The notes below the pieces were generated by a model, which was not told the DNA's origin, did not search any database, and was given only the letters and a program-made list of their open reading frames with translations. From Sarea resinae (taxonomy: Eukaryota), in contig JAPEUD010000061.1 in assembly GCA_026026165.1 (NCBI GenBank), positions 1 through 64,000 of the forward strand: a stretch of 64,000 bases of DNA, written 5' to 3'. Shown here one piece after another: positions 13,671 to 26,051 of this stretch. The position numbers were made by a program, and so were the translations under genes. Each line of letters begins with the position of its first letter. Position 1 is the stretch's first letter.

Positions 13671-15348
13671 TTAGAAGACGGTTCCATCAGACACAATCAT
13701 GATAGGTGGCTCCTTTGTATTCGGTCGCGACACCTCCGCTATCTCTCGTCCGCCCTGCTCAATGATTAGCCCTGATGCTACGGTTTCCTGAGTCCTGTAG
13801 GGACTCACCTTCCATGTGCCCGCCTCTAGCATTTGTGGTAGAGTAAGAGCATTCTCGCCGCTTAATCCCAGCATCTTGTTCACCTCTTCAAGTAGCTCAT
13901 CCAAGAAGCCCACGGTCAAAGCACGCCATTCCACGATGACATCGTCATCTACGGTGAAGAGAGGTACCACTTCCACATTGGGTTGTCCCTTTGTCTTGGC
14001 ATTTTGCTGATAGGCCGCAATGCCCCTCTTTGCGTCTTCGCTCTTGAGTGTCAGTAGACCGGTGTCGATCAAGAGCCCCCCATTACGATACTCTGGTAGT
14101 CCCGTCATCAACTCGCTCCCCGCGAAGCGTATGTTCATAAGCTTGGTCATTGGCACCATCAGAGAATAGGTTAGCCATTGCGTCAGCTTGTGAAAAGGAA
14201 CGATGTTCTCCCAAGGTTGTGAAGGGTGCGAGGGCATCGAGTGACATGGCCAAGCATCTCCAAGAGACACCCCGTCAATTTGAGTCCGAGTAGAAGGCCA
14301 GATGGCGGAGAGCCCATCCATCAATACTGACCATAGAGTGGGCAGGGGTATAATGGGAACGGCAGTCGCTTGCGTAGTAGGGTGGGATAGAAGATAATCT
14401 GGATCTGTCAGTAGATAATACTGGCATCCACACCTCAATCAAGCATACCAATCATATTGCCGGGCCTCGCCTCTACGCCAAATAGTTCTTCATTCTGTAA
14501 AGCATCCGCCAGCCTCATCAACAGCCCTGCCCTTCCTTCCAAGCCATTGAGAGGATTGTCTTCAGAAACTTGCAGGCCCTTTCCCAAGGACTGAACATCA
14601 AGTCTCTTCAGCCCTGGCCCGTCGACCTGGAATGGCTGGTCCGGATCGCTGCTAAACATGCCGCATTTGAACATCTCTAGACTGGCCACAGCGAGTCCCT
14701 CACTCCTGCGAAATATCTTTCCCGATTCCTTGCTTCGATATTGCCACCTAGTTCCAGCGCCAGCATCCAGAAGAACAGAGACTAGAAAAAGGTCGATCAG
14801 TCGGCGAGTGCGTTCCTGCACGTCCACGGCTGAAGGCCAAGATTGAAGTAGTTGATCGACCCGAGGACGACCTCCCACATCGAAATGCTGCCACCGTCCA
14901 TGTGGCGGAATGGAGGAATAATCAGGCGCATAATCCCTCTGTCATCGCGCAATAGTCAATGCCTCGGCCCTGATGGAGGGGAAAGCGAATAACCCACCTT
15001 GATGATCGATACCACGTACGTTGCTGTATCTGAAAACTTGTCCAAGTCAACAGTAAAATGTGCCAGCTTATTTCGTTTCGCTTTCTCGAGCACGAATTTT
15101 GATCTCTCGCGCACGGCGTAGATGCTCCGCAGGTACGCCGCCGGATCAATGACTGGGTCCGGGGGTTTTGGAAGAGCGATGTCCGGGATTTGAGGGGAGG
15201 TAGGCGACGGCGGCATGGCGAGATTATGCGCCTTTCTATGCGAGGACTGAGACCTCGACGAAGAGATTATCGGTCTTCGCGTTTCGTTCTCGTCGGCTGG
15301 GGAGGTGTCGTGGAATGTTTTCGCTATCTTTCGTGAGAAGAAGCCCAT
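13671..15348 (-). CDS. URC4: DUF1688 uracil catabolism protein Urc4/Urg3; ~4 exons
   Basis: YLRSIYAVRER, IPPHGRWQHF, DLFLVSVLLDAGAG, RSEGLAVAS, PFHKLTQWLTYSL, TGLPEYRNGGL, LEAGTWK and C-terminal SDGTVF. Confidence 0.92.
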
Positions 15349-17685
15349 CGTGAGGGCGCCCGCAGAGGGGTTCGGGTACGACTGGTCGCGATCGACAAAC
15401 GAGGATCGTCGAGGTACAGCTTCTGTGTAGTAGGCAGTTCCGAGGAAGGGCCGGGAAGTAAGAATTTAGCAGAGCATGGGCTCTCTCCAACTCCCTCGAA
15501 GAATCGAATCAGTGAATGCAAAGGTGAAGTCGAGGGCATGACAGCATCTCTGGCTGGGCGTTGGACCAGAGGCAGCGCGTGGGTCAAGTTCGAGGTCCCC
15601 AGCTTGTGTTTAGAACGCCTCAGTTGACTGTGATCGACGACCGAGAGGGGTGAACGACAACACTGGGAAAATGGCGTGTGCTTGGCTCGATTGTGATTAC
15701 GATTCGATTGACAATTGCTATCGTGATGACGGTCATGTCGATGGGTTTAATTTGCCTCACCTTGCAACGCGAACGAGAATGCCATCGGCCTTCCCCTCTG
15801 CCTTTATTGACCTGACCTACTCTGCCATGGATGCCTCCTGGTCCTGTCGGGTCTGAGGAACTGGAGCAATTACAACACTGAACGACGATTCTCCTGCAGG
15901 ATCCATCTCTGCCTCTCCCACTGGATCCTGCCTCACGTTTCGCTCCCTTCGCCTTTAATCTCCTCGTACACCTGTGCCGTACCTTGCTGCGTACAGTACT
16001 CCGTATGTATCGTACTTGGCTGGTGGATTCCAGCCATGCGCGTGCCAAAATTATCACGTATGATGCGGTGCCTCCCGCCCGTCGACTCGTCAGGAACGAA
16101 GTACAGAGACCAGACGCAGTAGCCCCTCGGGACGGTGATTCCAAGTCCCGACACTTCAGGGACGATCCTTCCAGGACCGAGGCGACCGTGCACGGCGGGC
16201 CCTCGTCTACTACGAAGTACTATGAGCAGCGACTGGACGGGAATGAAAGCAACGAGCGAGCGAGAGCGAACGGGCCAGGGCGATGACCGACGCAAATACT
16301 TTACTCGTCGTAGTGCCATCACCGCACCACTGCAACGAGACCAGGCCGTCAACGAACCATGTCGGCAGGGAAAATGAGGTTCCCGGTTCCCTCGCTGCAC
16401 TGCTGCACTCGAGCCCTTAGGTATGTAACCTTGAAACCCTTAAAGGCTAAGGGCTATGGATCGGATTCGCAGTCGCGTGGGGTTCGGGGTTCGGATGCTC
16501 CAACGCTCCAACGCTCAAACTTGACGAACGATGATCGCCCTGCGTAGAAGAAGTCTCCTAGTAGGTACCTAGAGTGCTCATCAGAGTCCTTGTTCTACGG
16601 ACTGCTGCAGTCTTTGGGTCTTAAAGAGTACCTTACTGAGTACTGTAGTCGTAAGAGAAGCATACTCCACGTAGAGAATACTCTACGAGGTACGACGGTC
16701 GAAGTCTTTCCGAGCACGGCGCAAGTGAGGCAACCTACTACTGTAGGTAAGCCAGATGAATAGCCTCAAGTTGGCAGAATTTTACACCGTCGACTGTCGC
16801 AGTACTAAAGTAGCCGCGCCCAGGCCACACAATGCCATTCCCCCTTGTACTCCGTACTATGATAGAGAGAAGCACAGACATCCAGCTATCATTCCAAGCC
16901 GCCCCAAACCTGCCAAGTGGGACTGCTATCCTACCCGCCCGCCTGCTCGCACTCCAAGCTCCGGCCAGATCCACCCACAGACAAGGGACCAGAACAGCAG
17001 ACGAGCCGGGCTATATGCACTGTATCCACTACCACCACGCACTAAATACCCACCGTAACACCCATCCATACATATGCACACTCGGTAGAACCGTTCCCCC
17101 CCTTCCCTCCCTTCCCTTCCCAGACCTCAGGAACACCATACACGCCCCAGGATCCCAGAGTCCAAATCATCCAAACGAAACTAGAGCAGAGAAGCCCACG
17201 TCCCCGAACCCATCCGTCTACGCTGCATGCGTGTAGTACCTTATGCAAGCGGAATCCATGGGATAGGGTATCTAGGGAGCATGCCAAATCACCCATCCAG
17301 GAATCCGGCGCGCGAGCCAGAAATGTTGGTTGCCCTGCATCCCTGAAGTAGTCCGGCAGCCACTTAATCTAAACTGGCCGAAGCCACATCCTGCCGCCCT
17401 CGGCGTCTTGAGCGCTTCTTGTCTTCTCCGCCGTGACTAAACGGTCCAAAGCGCCGAACCACCCAGCTGGGAAAGGACGTCCAGGACGGTTTTGCCTGTT
17501 TTGCGCAATGATCGCGTGAGCGGTTGGAAGAGCATAGAGTCGAACCTCGTATATCTCCACTACTAAAGCAATTTTGTCACACATTCTTTTGCCATTCCAT
17601 GCGACGAGCAAATCGGCAAACGGGGCAATTCTTCAGATATGGGTAGATGGTTATATAGCACAATATATTACGGTACGCGCATAAG

Positions 17686-19060
17686 TCACCGCACTCGCGG
17701 CGGCGAGCGACCTCTCCCTTCCCCTTGGCCCTCCAATGCTGCCACATTCTGAGCATCACCGTTCGCCTGTCTACCGTCTTGAGGTGCCCGTTCAACCGCT
17801 TCAGGGTCTGTTTCATTGTCATCATCATCGTGGCGATAAATGAAAAATTGAACGAAGATGGCAAGGTCGAGAATCAACGTCCCAAAGCTGCCCAGGAGCC
17901 AGGAAAAGTTGACGAGAAAATGGCGGAGATAGATGGATGAGGCTTCTGAGGGAGTGCAGCCGTGTCGATCGTGCTTTGGATAACTAGAAAGGTAGGAGCC
18001 GTTGTCATCGTTATAATGGCTATGGTCGAGGCAGACGGGAGAATAGGCAAGGATGGAGAGGACGTAAGTAAGGTTGCCTATGCAAGCAAAGAGGAAGAAC
18101 AGCATCGATACGCCTTCAGTACTCTTCCGGCGGTAGTTGAGCAGTATCTGAGGTATTCGGGAGCCAAGATAAAGCACCGCGCAGAAATAGCCAAATATCT
18201 GGCCCCAGAGACTGAATGTAAGATCATCCTCTGCATGGCTTTCTCTGTTGCTACCATCGTTCCCATGATGGTGATGATGGTGTGACGAGCGTGAGGGGTG
18301 ATTACTGACCCACCAGCCAAAGACGCCAGCAGCACAGACAAGGATGATAGCGAAAGTGTTGAATAGGATTGTTTGTAAGGTGCTGGTGGGCTTCAAGGAC
18401 TCTGCCGCCGGGGGATCGGAGGGTTTTGGGGCATCAAGAAGAGGAGTTGCTGGGGAGAGATGGGTCGCGTCGATCGCAGTAGAAAGGCGACGGAAGGAGG
18501 ATGTGCTTCTGTTATGTGCGGTCGTATGAGGAGAAACGTCATCGCGGTGGCCGTTGTGGGATATATGATTGTTTCCGTCGAGAAGACTGGTCTCTTCAGT
18601 AGGATCATCTATCTGGGATGGTTTTGATGGAGAATCGGAGAGCGTGAAGCCTCGGTAGTAGAAGCATTGACAAAGAAGAACAATATCGGCGAGCGTGTAG
18701 TAGACGGCTAAGATGACCTGCGCATTGAAGTCAGTGACAGTCGCAATGTGGCCACGTGCTGGATTCACTGACCATCGTAGGTAAGACACCCTGCAGTACG
18801 GCTCCTAGAATGTTGAAGACATCTCCGGCAAGCCAAACAATGATAAATAGGAGTGAGAGGCCATCAGCTGAGCCTCGACGGAAGTTTTCGATGATCTGGG
18901 GCGAGAAGACGACGACCCAGCATGCGATCGAGATCGAACTGTTCGAATATTACTACGAAACTCAATCGGCTTGCGGCATTCGCGAATTGGTGATTACTTA
19001 CCCGCAAATTCCACTAAGAGCTTCGATGTCCAAGTTGATGCCCTGCGATGGTGGAAACAT
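17686..19060 (-). CDS. PQ-loop vacuolar amino-acid transporter (Ypq1/PQLC2 family); introns 18939-19001 and 18718-18772
   Basis: Two PQ motifs (CWVVVFSPQIIENFRRGSADGLS; LYLGSRIPQILLNYRRKSTEGVS) and WLLGSFGTLILD. Confidence 0.92.
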
Positions 19061-19782
19061 GCTTGCCGCAGTGCAGTTGGTTTCAATTGAATTCTGCCTC
19101 TTCTCTGAAATATCGTTCGCGTTAGCAGCCTGTCGCGCCCTCTATTCGTAGTCTCTCAAGCTCAGCTAAAGAAACCAAAGCTGGTTGGATTGAGAACTGT
19201 ATTTCGGCCTGTTCAACGGTTGCAATCCTCCAGTATCACACGGGTATCCAAAGAAAGTATAAAGCACAATTGCAGGAGACGCTCATGAATGACGGTGTTG
19301 TGTGGGACGAGCCACTGCGAATTCGGCAATTACGTATCGACGGGGGGGCTAAGGATGAAAATCTGGGGTTGAAGCGAGCTCGACCCCTGACTCGTGCAAC
19401 CAGCCCTGTCCTACGGATAGACAACCGCGGCGCGAGTCTGATATGTCAACAATGAGAAGTTGTCTCACAACGCCGGCTCTAATTCTCTGATTCCATGAGG
19501 TCTGAAGATTCTGGCATGTTGGTCTAGAAAATGGGTCCGCAAGGGAAATTCGATCTTCAGCATGACAATAGTGTCATTCTCTACTATGCGTGACTAGAGA
19601 AAGGATTGATAAAGAGTGTAGCAGCAGTGCTGATATAGCAATACCTCGAGGATTTCAGCGGCAAGTCGCGAGACGAGATTGCTGGTGGCACATGTCATGC
19701 CAACACAAAGAAGTCGTTTAATAAGGCTGAGAAAGAGCTGCTCCTTTGCCAAAGATTTCGACCGCCATCATACCTTAAGAAT

Positions 19783-20883
19783 TTACCACTGAGGACCTTC
19801 CTCCTTGTGAATCTTGGCAAACACCTCCAGACCCTGGACTCCTAAAGCTGTAGCCACAGCCACCGCATTTGCTCCGACACTTCGCATCCTTCTATACCCA
19901 TCCCCATCACACACACCACCAACCCCAATAATCACAATGTCTTTTAGCACTTCGTGCTGGTCCAATAATCCCCGCAACGTCTTTACATTCCCCAATGCCA
20001 GTGGGTGCAATGCCGCTCCCGCAAGTCCTCCAATGCCTGATCCGGATGCTGACGCTATAGCTGGGGCATCAGAATAGACGGAGAGGACTAGACTAGAGCC
20101 GAGAGTGTTGGTCGTCGTGATAAAATTGATGGGGCACACGTCTTTCAGTCCTGAATGGAAATATTTTAGCTTTTTCAACGCACCCACAATCTCATAGAAT
20201 TGCCCTTGGTAGGTGAAGGGTGGAAGCTTGAGTCCAACGGCGATGGGAGCGTAGTTTATGGTGGTCTCGGCTACCATGGCGCAGGCAACCTCGTAGAGAT
20301 ATTCAAACAGGTAGTCACCCTTATATGCTGGAGGTGGCTTGTCCGGAATGTTGGGACAGGAGAGGTTTATCTCCATGGCCACCACGATTCCATTGTTTTC
20401 TCGAAATTTCACTAGGTCCGTATAGCACTTTGCAACTTCCTTGGGTGTTCCGGTCACCGAAACGATGAACAATTTGTTCGGCGTCTTCTCATCCACTACT
20501 TCGACGATGTCTTGAATCATATCCATATACTCCTGGAGATTAAATGGCGAGTAACCGAGGGTGTTCAAACTTGAGGAGTCCGATGCGTCAGTCAACTGGC
20601 CCATCTCTGCCGCTCCTCGAGAAATTTTGAAGAAAGTATGCTGATGGACGTTCGGATCGTGTGGGAATCCATTCAGAGTAGTCGTCCGGGTCGTCACAGC
20701 GCCTGTGTAAGGACAGTCATAGAGCGCGCGGAGATCTTCTAAGGTAGTGGCCCAAGGGCAGGCGGAGTTTAGGACGGGTGGACGAATCTCGAAGAGAGGG
20801 CCATGATCACTGAGTCGGGGATAGGCTTCGGGTCCACTACATTTGAAGGTGGCTCCATTGGGTCCGAACAGGACGTCTTCCAT
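19783..20883 (-). CDS. Class 1A dihydroorotate dehydrogenase-like FMN enzyme (Ura1-like; probable dihydrouracil oxidase), intronless
   Basis: LNSACPW, EINLSCPN (catalytic Cys), GLKLPP, TNTLG, GGLAG and IIGVGGV. The first in-frame ATG is at 20883. Confidence 0.85.
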   Translation of the reverse strand: MEDVLFGPNGATFKCSGPEAYPRLSDHGPLFEIRPPVLNSACPWATTLEDLRALYDCPYTGAVTTRTTTLNGFPHDPNVHQHTFFKISRGAAEMGQLTDASDSSSLNTLGYSPFNLQEYMDMIQDIVEVVDEKTPNKLFIVSVTGTPKEVAKCYTDLVKFRENNGIVVAMEINLSCPNIPDKPPPAYKGDYLFEYLYEVACAMVAETTINYAPIAVGLKLPPFTYQGQFYEIVGALKKLKYFHSGLKDVCPINFITTTNTLGSSLVLSVYSDAPAIASASGSGIGGLAGAALHPLALGNVKTLRGLLDQHEVLKDIVIIGVGGVCDGDGYRRMRSVGANAVAVATALGVQGLEVFAKIHKEEGPQW

Positions 20884-21296
20884 CTTCCTACGAATCTCGT
20901 CGTCCAAGATTGGGTGTTGATGTTTCGAGCTGTGGCTACATTGAACATAAAGGAGTTAAGATGTCCTACCGATGGGGAAGGCTGAAGCTGAAAGCGATAA
21001 GCTGATAAACGAACGCCGATCTATCCACCAATGCGCAATAGATGCTTCCGAACTCTGCGCAATTGACAAAGCACTCCACACATAGACAGATTTTCTGTGG
21101 CTCCGGGAATGGCATGCATTTTACGAACGTGCTTGTTCTACCTCCAGTTGTGCCAATGCCTAGATCGGAATCACTACTAACACTTCGGATCTGCCACGGC
21201 CTATCGAGCCGCTTAGAGTATATCGTACGCAGTACTACAACGACTAATCCTTGCTTATCCCAAGGCGCCTCACAGATTTCTGGGGACTTCCAATGA

Positions 21297-22547
21297 TTAG
21301 ATACGAGTCCCTACGCTGCGCAATATCCTCAAGACGTCCGAGACAAGGTATAAGCTCCCGGCCACCACGAGAGGACCATTCGCGGAAATATCGGACGCCC
21401 ACTTCAACGCTGCTAGTACATCCTCTCCAGCATTGAGAGTGCATCCGTGAGAAGTATTGGCTGAGATGTGCTTCAGTAATTTTGTAGGATCTGTAGACTT
21501 GACCCAGGGCATCCCATCGACAGGTCCAAACGCCACAGCAGCCACAAGGTCTCCAGGTTCGATCAAGGAACCAAAGATATCCTCGACGTCCTTCCCATTG
21601 GATAACGCAACTACCCAGGTCACATTTTGACCCTTGGAGCGCAGCCTTTTATTGACATGGAGACGAAGCACTTCGGCGGACTGAGCATTGTGCGCTCCGT
21701 CCAGTAGAATGCTGGACGACCGCCCAGTCAGAGGCTGGATGCTGACTGACTGGAGTCGGCCTGGCCAACAAACATTAGCTACTGAGGGCAATAACTCGTA
21801 CGGATCAATATCAGGGTGAGCTTTTTGCAATGCCAGTACCAATGCCTTGTGAGCGCAGGCAAGATTTACTTGCTGATGGTCTGCGAATCTATCCTTTGAT
21901 AGTATATCCCATGGCGTCCTTTCGTGGTTCGCAGCGGTATCAGGGACAGGATACAAAGGTCCTGCCTCCACTTCCGTAGCAGCGAGCCGGAAAACTTCTT
22001 GAACTACAGCATCATTTGTGCTGTCGAAGACGCACGGTACACCTGGCTTCATGATGCCCGCCTTTTCCCGTGCTATTTCTTCAATGCTGTTCCCCAAAAA
22101 CAGTTGATGATCTCGGCCAATCTTCGAGATGATTGTGACAAGAGGATCTTTCAAGATGTTTGTCGCGTCCAAACGGCCTCCAAGACCAACCTCCACAACC
22201 CCGATATCTATCTTCTCTCTGGTAAATATCTCAAAGGCCGTGGCGGTGAGTAATTCGAACTGAGAAGCGCCAACTGCCAGCTTTTCATTCCGCCGAATGA
22301 CATTATCTTCGACCTCGCGGAAAAGCGCCTCGGAGACGGGCTTCTCGTCGATAGTAACACAGTCCCACCGGTCGATCAGGTGAGGAGAGGTGAAGCGCCC
22401 GCATCGGATGTTGCCAGCTTGAAGCATGGCCGAGAGGTAGGCGCAGATGGATCCTTTGCCGTTGGTGCCAGCCACATGGATGGCTCTCCATGGCAAGATG
22501 CTATGGGCTAGCAGACGGCCGATGCGCCCCAATCCAAGCTCGATCAT
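21297..22547 (-). CDS. FOL3: Dihydrofolate synthase / folylpolyglutamate synthase family
   Basis: IELGLGRI, IHVAGTNGKGS, FTSPHL, EVGLGGRLDATN, LDGAHN and AGSLYLV. Confidence 0.92.
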   Translation of the reverse strand: MIELGLGRIGRLLAHSILPWRAIHVAGTNGKGSICAYLSAMLQAGNIRCGRFTSPHLIDRWDCVTIDEKPVSEALFREVEDNVIRRNEKLAVGASQFELLTATAFEIFTREKIDIGVVEVGLGGRLDATNILKDPLVTIISKIGRDHQLFLGNSIEEIAREKAGIMKPGVPCVFDSTNDAVVQEVFRLAATEVEAGPLYPVPDTAANHERTPWDILSKDRFADHQQVNLACAHKALVLALQKAHPDIDPYELLPSVANVCWPGRLQSVSIQPLTGRSSSILLDGAHNAQSAEVLRLHVNKRLRSKGQNVTWVVALSNGKDVEDIFGSLIEPGDLVAAVAFGPVDGMPWVKSTDPTKLLKHISANTSHGCTLNAGEDVLAALKWASDISANGPLVVAGSLYLVSDVLRILRSVGTRI

Positions 22548-23037
22548 AGCGCCCACCCAAAGAGCTCCGTCTGAGAGGCCCGAAATCCGGTAGGAAAGGC
22601 AACTTAGAAGTTTTGGCTATATATCATGACATTGGTGATCGATTTAGTGTATCGCAGCCGTAGAGCTATTTCGTGCTGTCAATCCTCAGGACTAGTTCAG
22701 TAGCATTTCGGCGTGAATAGCAAATAGTCCGTTCATTCCATCAGCCTGCGCGGAAACAATTTGTGTTCCAAGTGCTCGAGCTGTTTCTCATTGCTATCAA
22801 ATGGCATCAATTTCGAAGGTTCGTCTCGTCGCAAATAATTACTGCGCAGTACTCGGAACCCAAAGCTCCATCATCGGCCGCTTACATAATCACGCCCGTC
22901 CTCCCGTCCATCGCCGACAACCACCAACCCGAGCACTCGCGCAGGGTAGGAGGACAGGACAGGACATCAAGAAAACACCCGCTCCAAACTCCCTCAATCC
23001 AATCCACCTCCCCTCCCTCTCCACTCTTTCCTTCAGC

Positions 23038-23887
23038 ATGGGTTCCGGTGCCTCGAAACCCTCGCAGAGCTCACAATATGTGTTTGCAAGGTGAGCCATC
23101 CACAATCCCGCACGGCCAATGCATTGCCGGCAGCAGAAAGAAAGCAAGAAAGATGGCTGATACTATGACCCGGCGACGACAGCGAGACTCCCGTCCGCTT
23201 CTCACAAGAGCTGGTGGATTCCTTCCAGAAGAGCCCTGAGGTGAGCGGACCCCATCTTCATCAGTCAATGCAATAATGCTCTCTGCACCACATCCCGAGA
23301 CCTCTGCGAAGCCCCAATCAATCCCAGCAGCTCCGAAGGTCCCCCAATCCTCGATCCCCTTCGGCCATCTTCCCGTCCCCCTCCCAGCATACCGAAAGTT
23401 CAAAACCGAACCCTAACTAACAACCCCGCGCACGACCAAGACCGACTCGACCCGCGCCAAAACACTCGAACTCCAAATCCAATCCCGCGTGACCGCTGAG
23501 CTAGAAAAGCTGCAAGCGCGCGAATCGAAACTGCTAGACGACCTAGCAGCCAGTGTGACGCCCACATCCTCATCCTCCGACAGCTCCGACCAATCCTCAT
23601 CGTCCTCATCCCTCTTCTCCGCCCTAAAAGACAAAGACACAAAATCCCAAGCGCCCGAACTCTCGCGCGAAGCCGTCCAGCGCGAAATCAGCACCCTTCG
23701 CCAAAAGCTCGCCAGTCGCCAGAAGCTCGACGAGCTGGATCAGGGCGTGGAGAAGGCCAAGGAGGGCGTCGTGCACTGTCTGAGATTGCATGATCGAAGG
23801 CCGCTGGATTGTTGGAAGGAGGTGGAGGAGTTTAGAAACCAGGTTGGGAGGCTGGAAAAGGCATTTGTTGAGAAAGTGGTCGGCTAG
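23038..23887 (+). CDS. MIC19: MICOS subunit Mic19 (DUF1690); 3 exons
   Basis: Myristoylation-type start MGSGASK, ETPVRFSQELV, coiled coil, and C-terminal CLRLHDRRPLDCWKEVEEF (CX10C). Confidence 0.88.
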
Positions 23888-24368
23888 GGGTGCTTTTAGA
23901 TGGGATGTGGGGGTGGGAATGGTAGAACCACGAAGGACGGGATGCTTTGAAGGAGAGAGGTCGAAAACGGAGGCTGCGATTGATAGATAGATGGTAGTCT
24001 TACATATTGTTCAGCATCAAATCGCCATGTTCCTTGCAAGGTAACCTTGAACGTCCTTCAACGTTAAGAAACAATCACTCTATTTATGGACACCCGCCCA
24101 GTCTCTTCCTTCCTCGGACCATGTGTCTGACTAAATGAGGAACTCCTTGTAATACAAAGTCTCGCAAGAGATGCCACGGAGCCCAAAATAACAAAAAAGG
24201 GATCAAGAACACCGGACCGAAATTTTATATCGCGCCGTATCACCCAGAGGGGAGCCGAATCCCAAGTCACACGTAAACCTCCATAGAGGATGAGAGAAGG
24301 GAGGGATGGCATATCTCCAATCCAGCTTACGAAAAGCCCCCAGTCTCCCCCACCAGCGGCCCAACGTA

Positions 24369-25331
24369 CTAATCCCTCAACCACGCCCTTCGCCTCTCCT
24401 CCTTCTTCTCCCGTCGCTTCTCCCGGAACGCCTTGACTTCCTTCTTGCTCAACTTCTTGGCGGAGCGCTCGGCGCGCAGACTCCGGCCATCATGACTGTT
24501 GGCCGCGGCATCGACGTCGAAGAACGCATTCATCTGCCGGCGGGACTTGTTCTCGTCGTTGAAATTCTCGGGCGTGATGGCGGCTGGCTGGAATTTGTGC
24601 GTGAAGCGATTGAAGGTGGCGGTCGCGGTGTAGTCCGCGCTGTTGGGGTCTTGGGAGGGATCGAGGTAGGGAATTCCTGCTGCGAGGAGGGCGGCGTCTG
24701 AGGAGGGGTCTTCGTAGGGTTGGGCGTAGGGCGCTGTCGGGTCGTAGTCGCCGTGGATGGCGGGGTCGTAGCCCCCGTGCGGTCGTGGCCGGGCCTGTTG
24801 TTGGAGTGTTGGTCCTTCGGCGTCGTCTGAATCGGCGCCTACGACGTTGGGCGTTGGTATTCGATCGTGCGGGCCTAGACCTGCGGGTATGGATGGTGAG
24901 GCTTCGGGGACGCGCGGGTTGGTCCACTGCGTGAGGCCGGTGAGGCGATTATAAAAGTAGTAGGCTTGCGCCGCCGGGTCCCAGACAGGCTGCCAGCCGT
25001 CATCTTCTTCGCCCTGTTCTGCGGCAGCCGCAGTGGAAGGCGGTGGGGGCTCGTCTGGGAGTGGAGGTTGGGATGGGTCTGATGGTAGCGGTTCAGAGGG
25101 TAATGGCGGTTCCTGCTGTCCTTCTCCTTCGCTGGCCTGCTCTGATGGATTCTTTTGATCCTCTATTGCGCCATCTTCCTCTTCGTCTGCTTCATCGGAG
25201 ACACCGCTGTTCTCCCCACTTTTGGCGGTGCTAATTAGAGGCTGTTCGTGAGCAGTCGCATCTCGAGTCTCTTGATCACCGGCAGCGTCGCGTGGTGAGG
25301 CAAGGTCCGCGCGACCTTCTTCAGATGCCAT
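24369..25331 (-). CDS. WW-domain protein with acidic/Pro-rich N-terminus and basic C-terminus
   Basis: GWQPVWDPAAQAYYFYNRLTGLTQWTNP (WW) and a tail FNRFT...RQMNAFFDVDAAAN...RRRAWLRD. Confidence 0.85.
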   Translation of the reverse strand: MASEEGRADLASPRDAAGDQETRDATAHEQPLISTAKSGENSGVSDEADEEEDGAIEDQKNPSEQASEGEGQQEPPLPSEPLPSDPSQPPLPDEPPPPSTAAAAEQGEEDDGWQPVWDPAAQAYYFYNRLTGLTQWTNPRVPEASPSIPAGLGPHDRIPTPNVVGADSDDAEGPTLQQQARPRPHGGYDPAIHGDYDPTAPYAQPYEDPSSDAALLAAGIPYLDPSQDPNSADYTATATFNRFTHKFQPAAITPENFNDENKSRRQMNAFFDVDAAANSHDGRSLRAERSAKKLSKKEVKAFREKRREKKEERRRAWLRD

Positions 25332-26051
25332 TGTGATCACATCAACTTATACGAGTGAAGACAATTTGATCGATAATATTGTTAAAGGCGTATAGTATGG
25401 CACGACAGGAATGGAATGGATGCGTTTGAATGAGGCCAGGCCTGCTTCAAGTTCCAAGTTCCCCAAGAAACGGAAGATGCCGAAGCTTCTGGATGCCCTG
25501 TTGATCTGCGTCAACAGATTAATAACGTCCCTTGAAAGGCAATTTATGGATGAGTTGACCGTTTCCAAGGGACGCATGATGCCCTCCGATTTTCCCCTCC
25601 GAGGTTATGTTCATCAGCACATGACTTTTGGCTGTCAGATTTCTGTAGACTCATGAAGCAAAATCCTCTCGTGATATCGTTTCACCGGTTCTATAGCTAT
25701 ATGCATCCCGCTTTTTGCCGTTTCCTTCGCGCTCTGATCGCGAAGGCCTTGATAAAACCCTTGTTAGTTTTGAGCTCTGCAGTGTTTGAAATATCACAGA
25801 GCCGCTATCTCTCATATCTCGTCTCGATACACCACTCTCTCCACACAATCTGCATTTGTCCCCTTTGGAGCCACACAGGGATGTCCACTCTGAGAGACAT
25901 AGCTATTGGGTAGGATGCTAAAGAACTCTTTGTCTCATAGAGCCTGGTAGGCCTCAACTCTCACTGGATGAACAGGCTGGAGGAGAAGCAAGAAAGGCTC
26001 GATAGAGACTCCACTTCCATCTCTTTCTGCCTCTTACTATCTCACGCCATT

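Noticed and set aside
15600..17600. Short ORFs between URC4 and the PQ-loop gene
   Set aside because: They overlap in several frames, mostly start at non-ATG codons and show no recognisable motif; likely promoter or UTR.
23240..23440. Unusually long MIC19 intron as a snoRNA host
   Set aside because: No convincing C/D or H/ACA boxes with terminal stems are visible.
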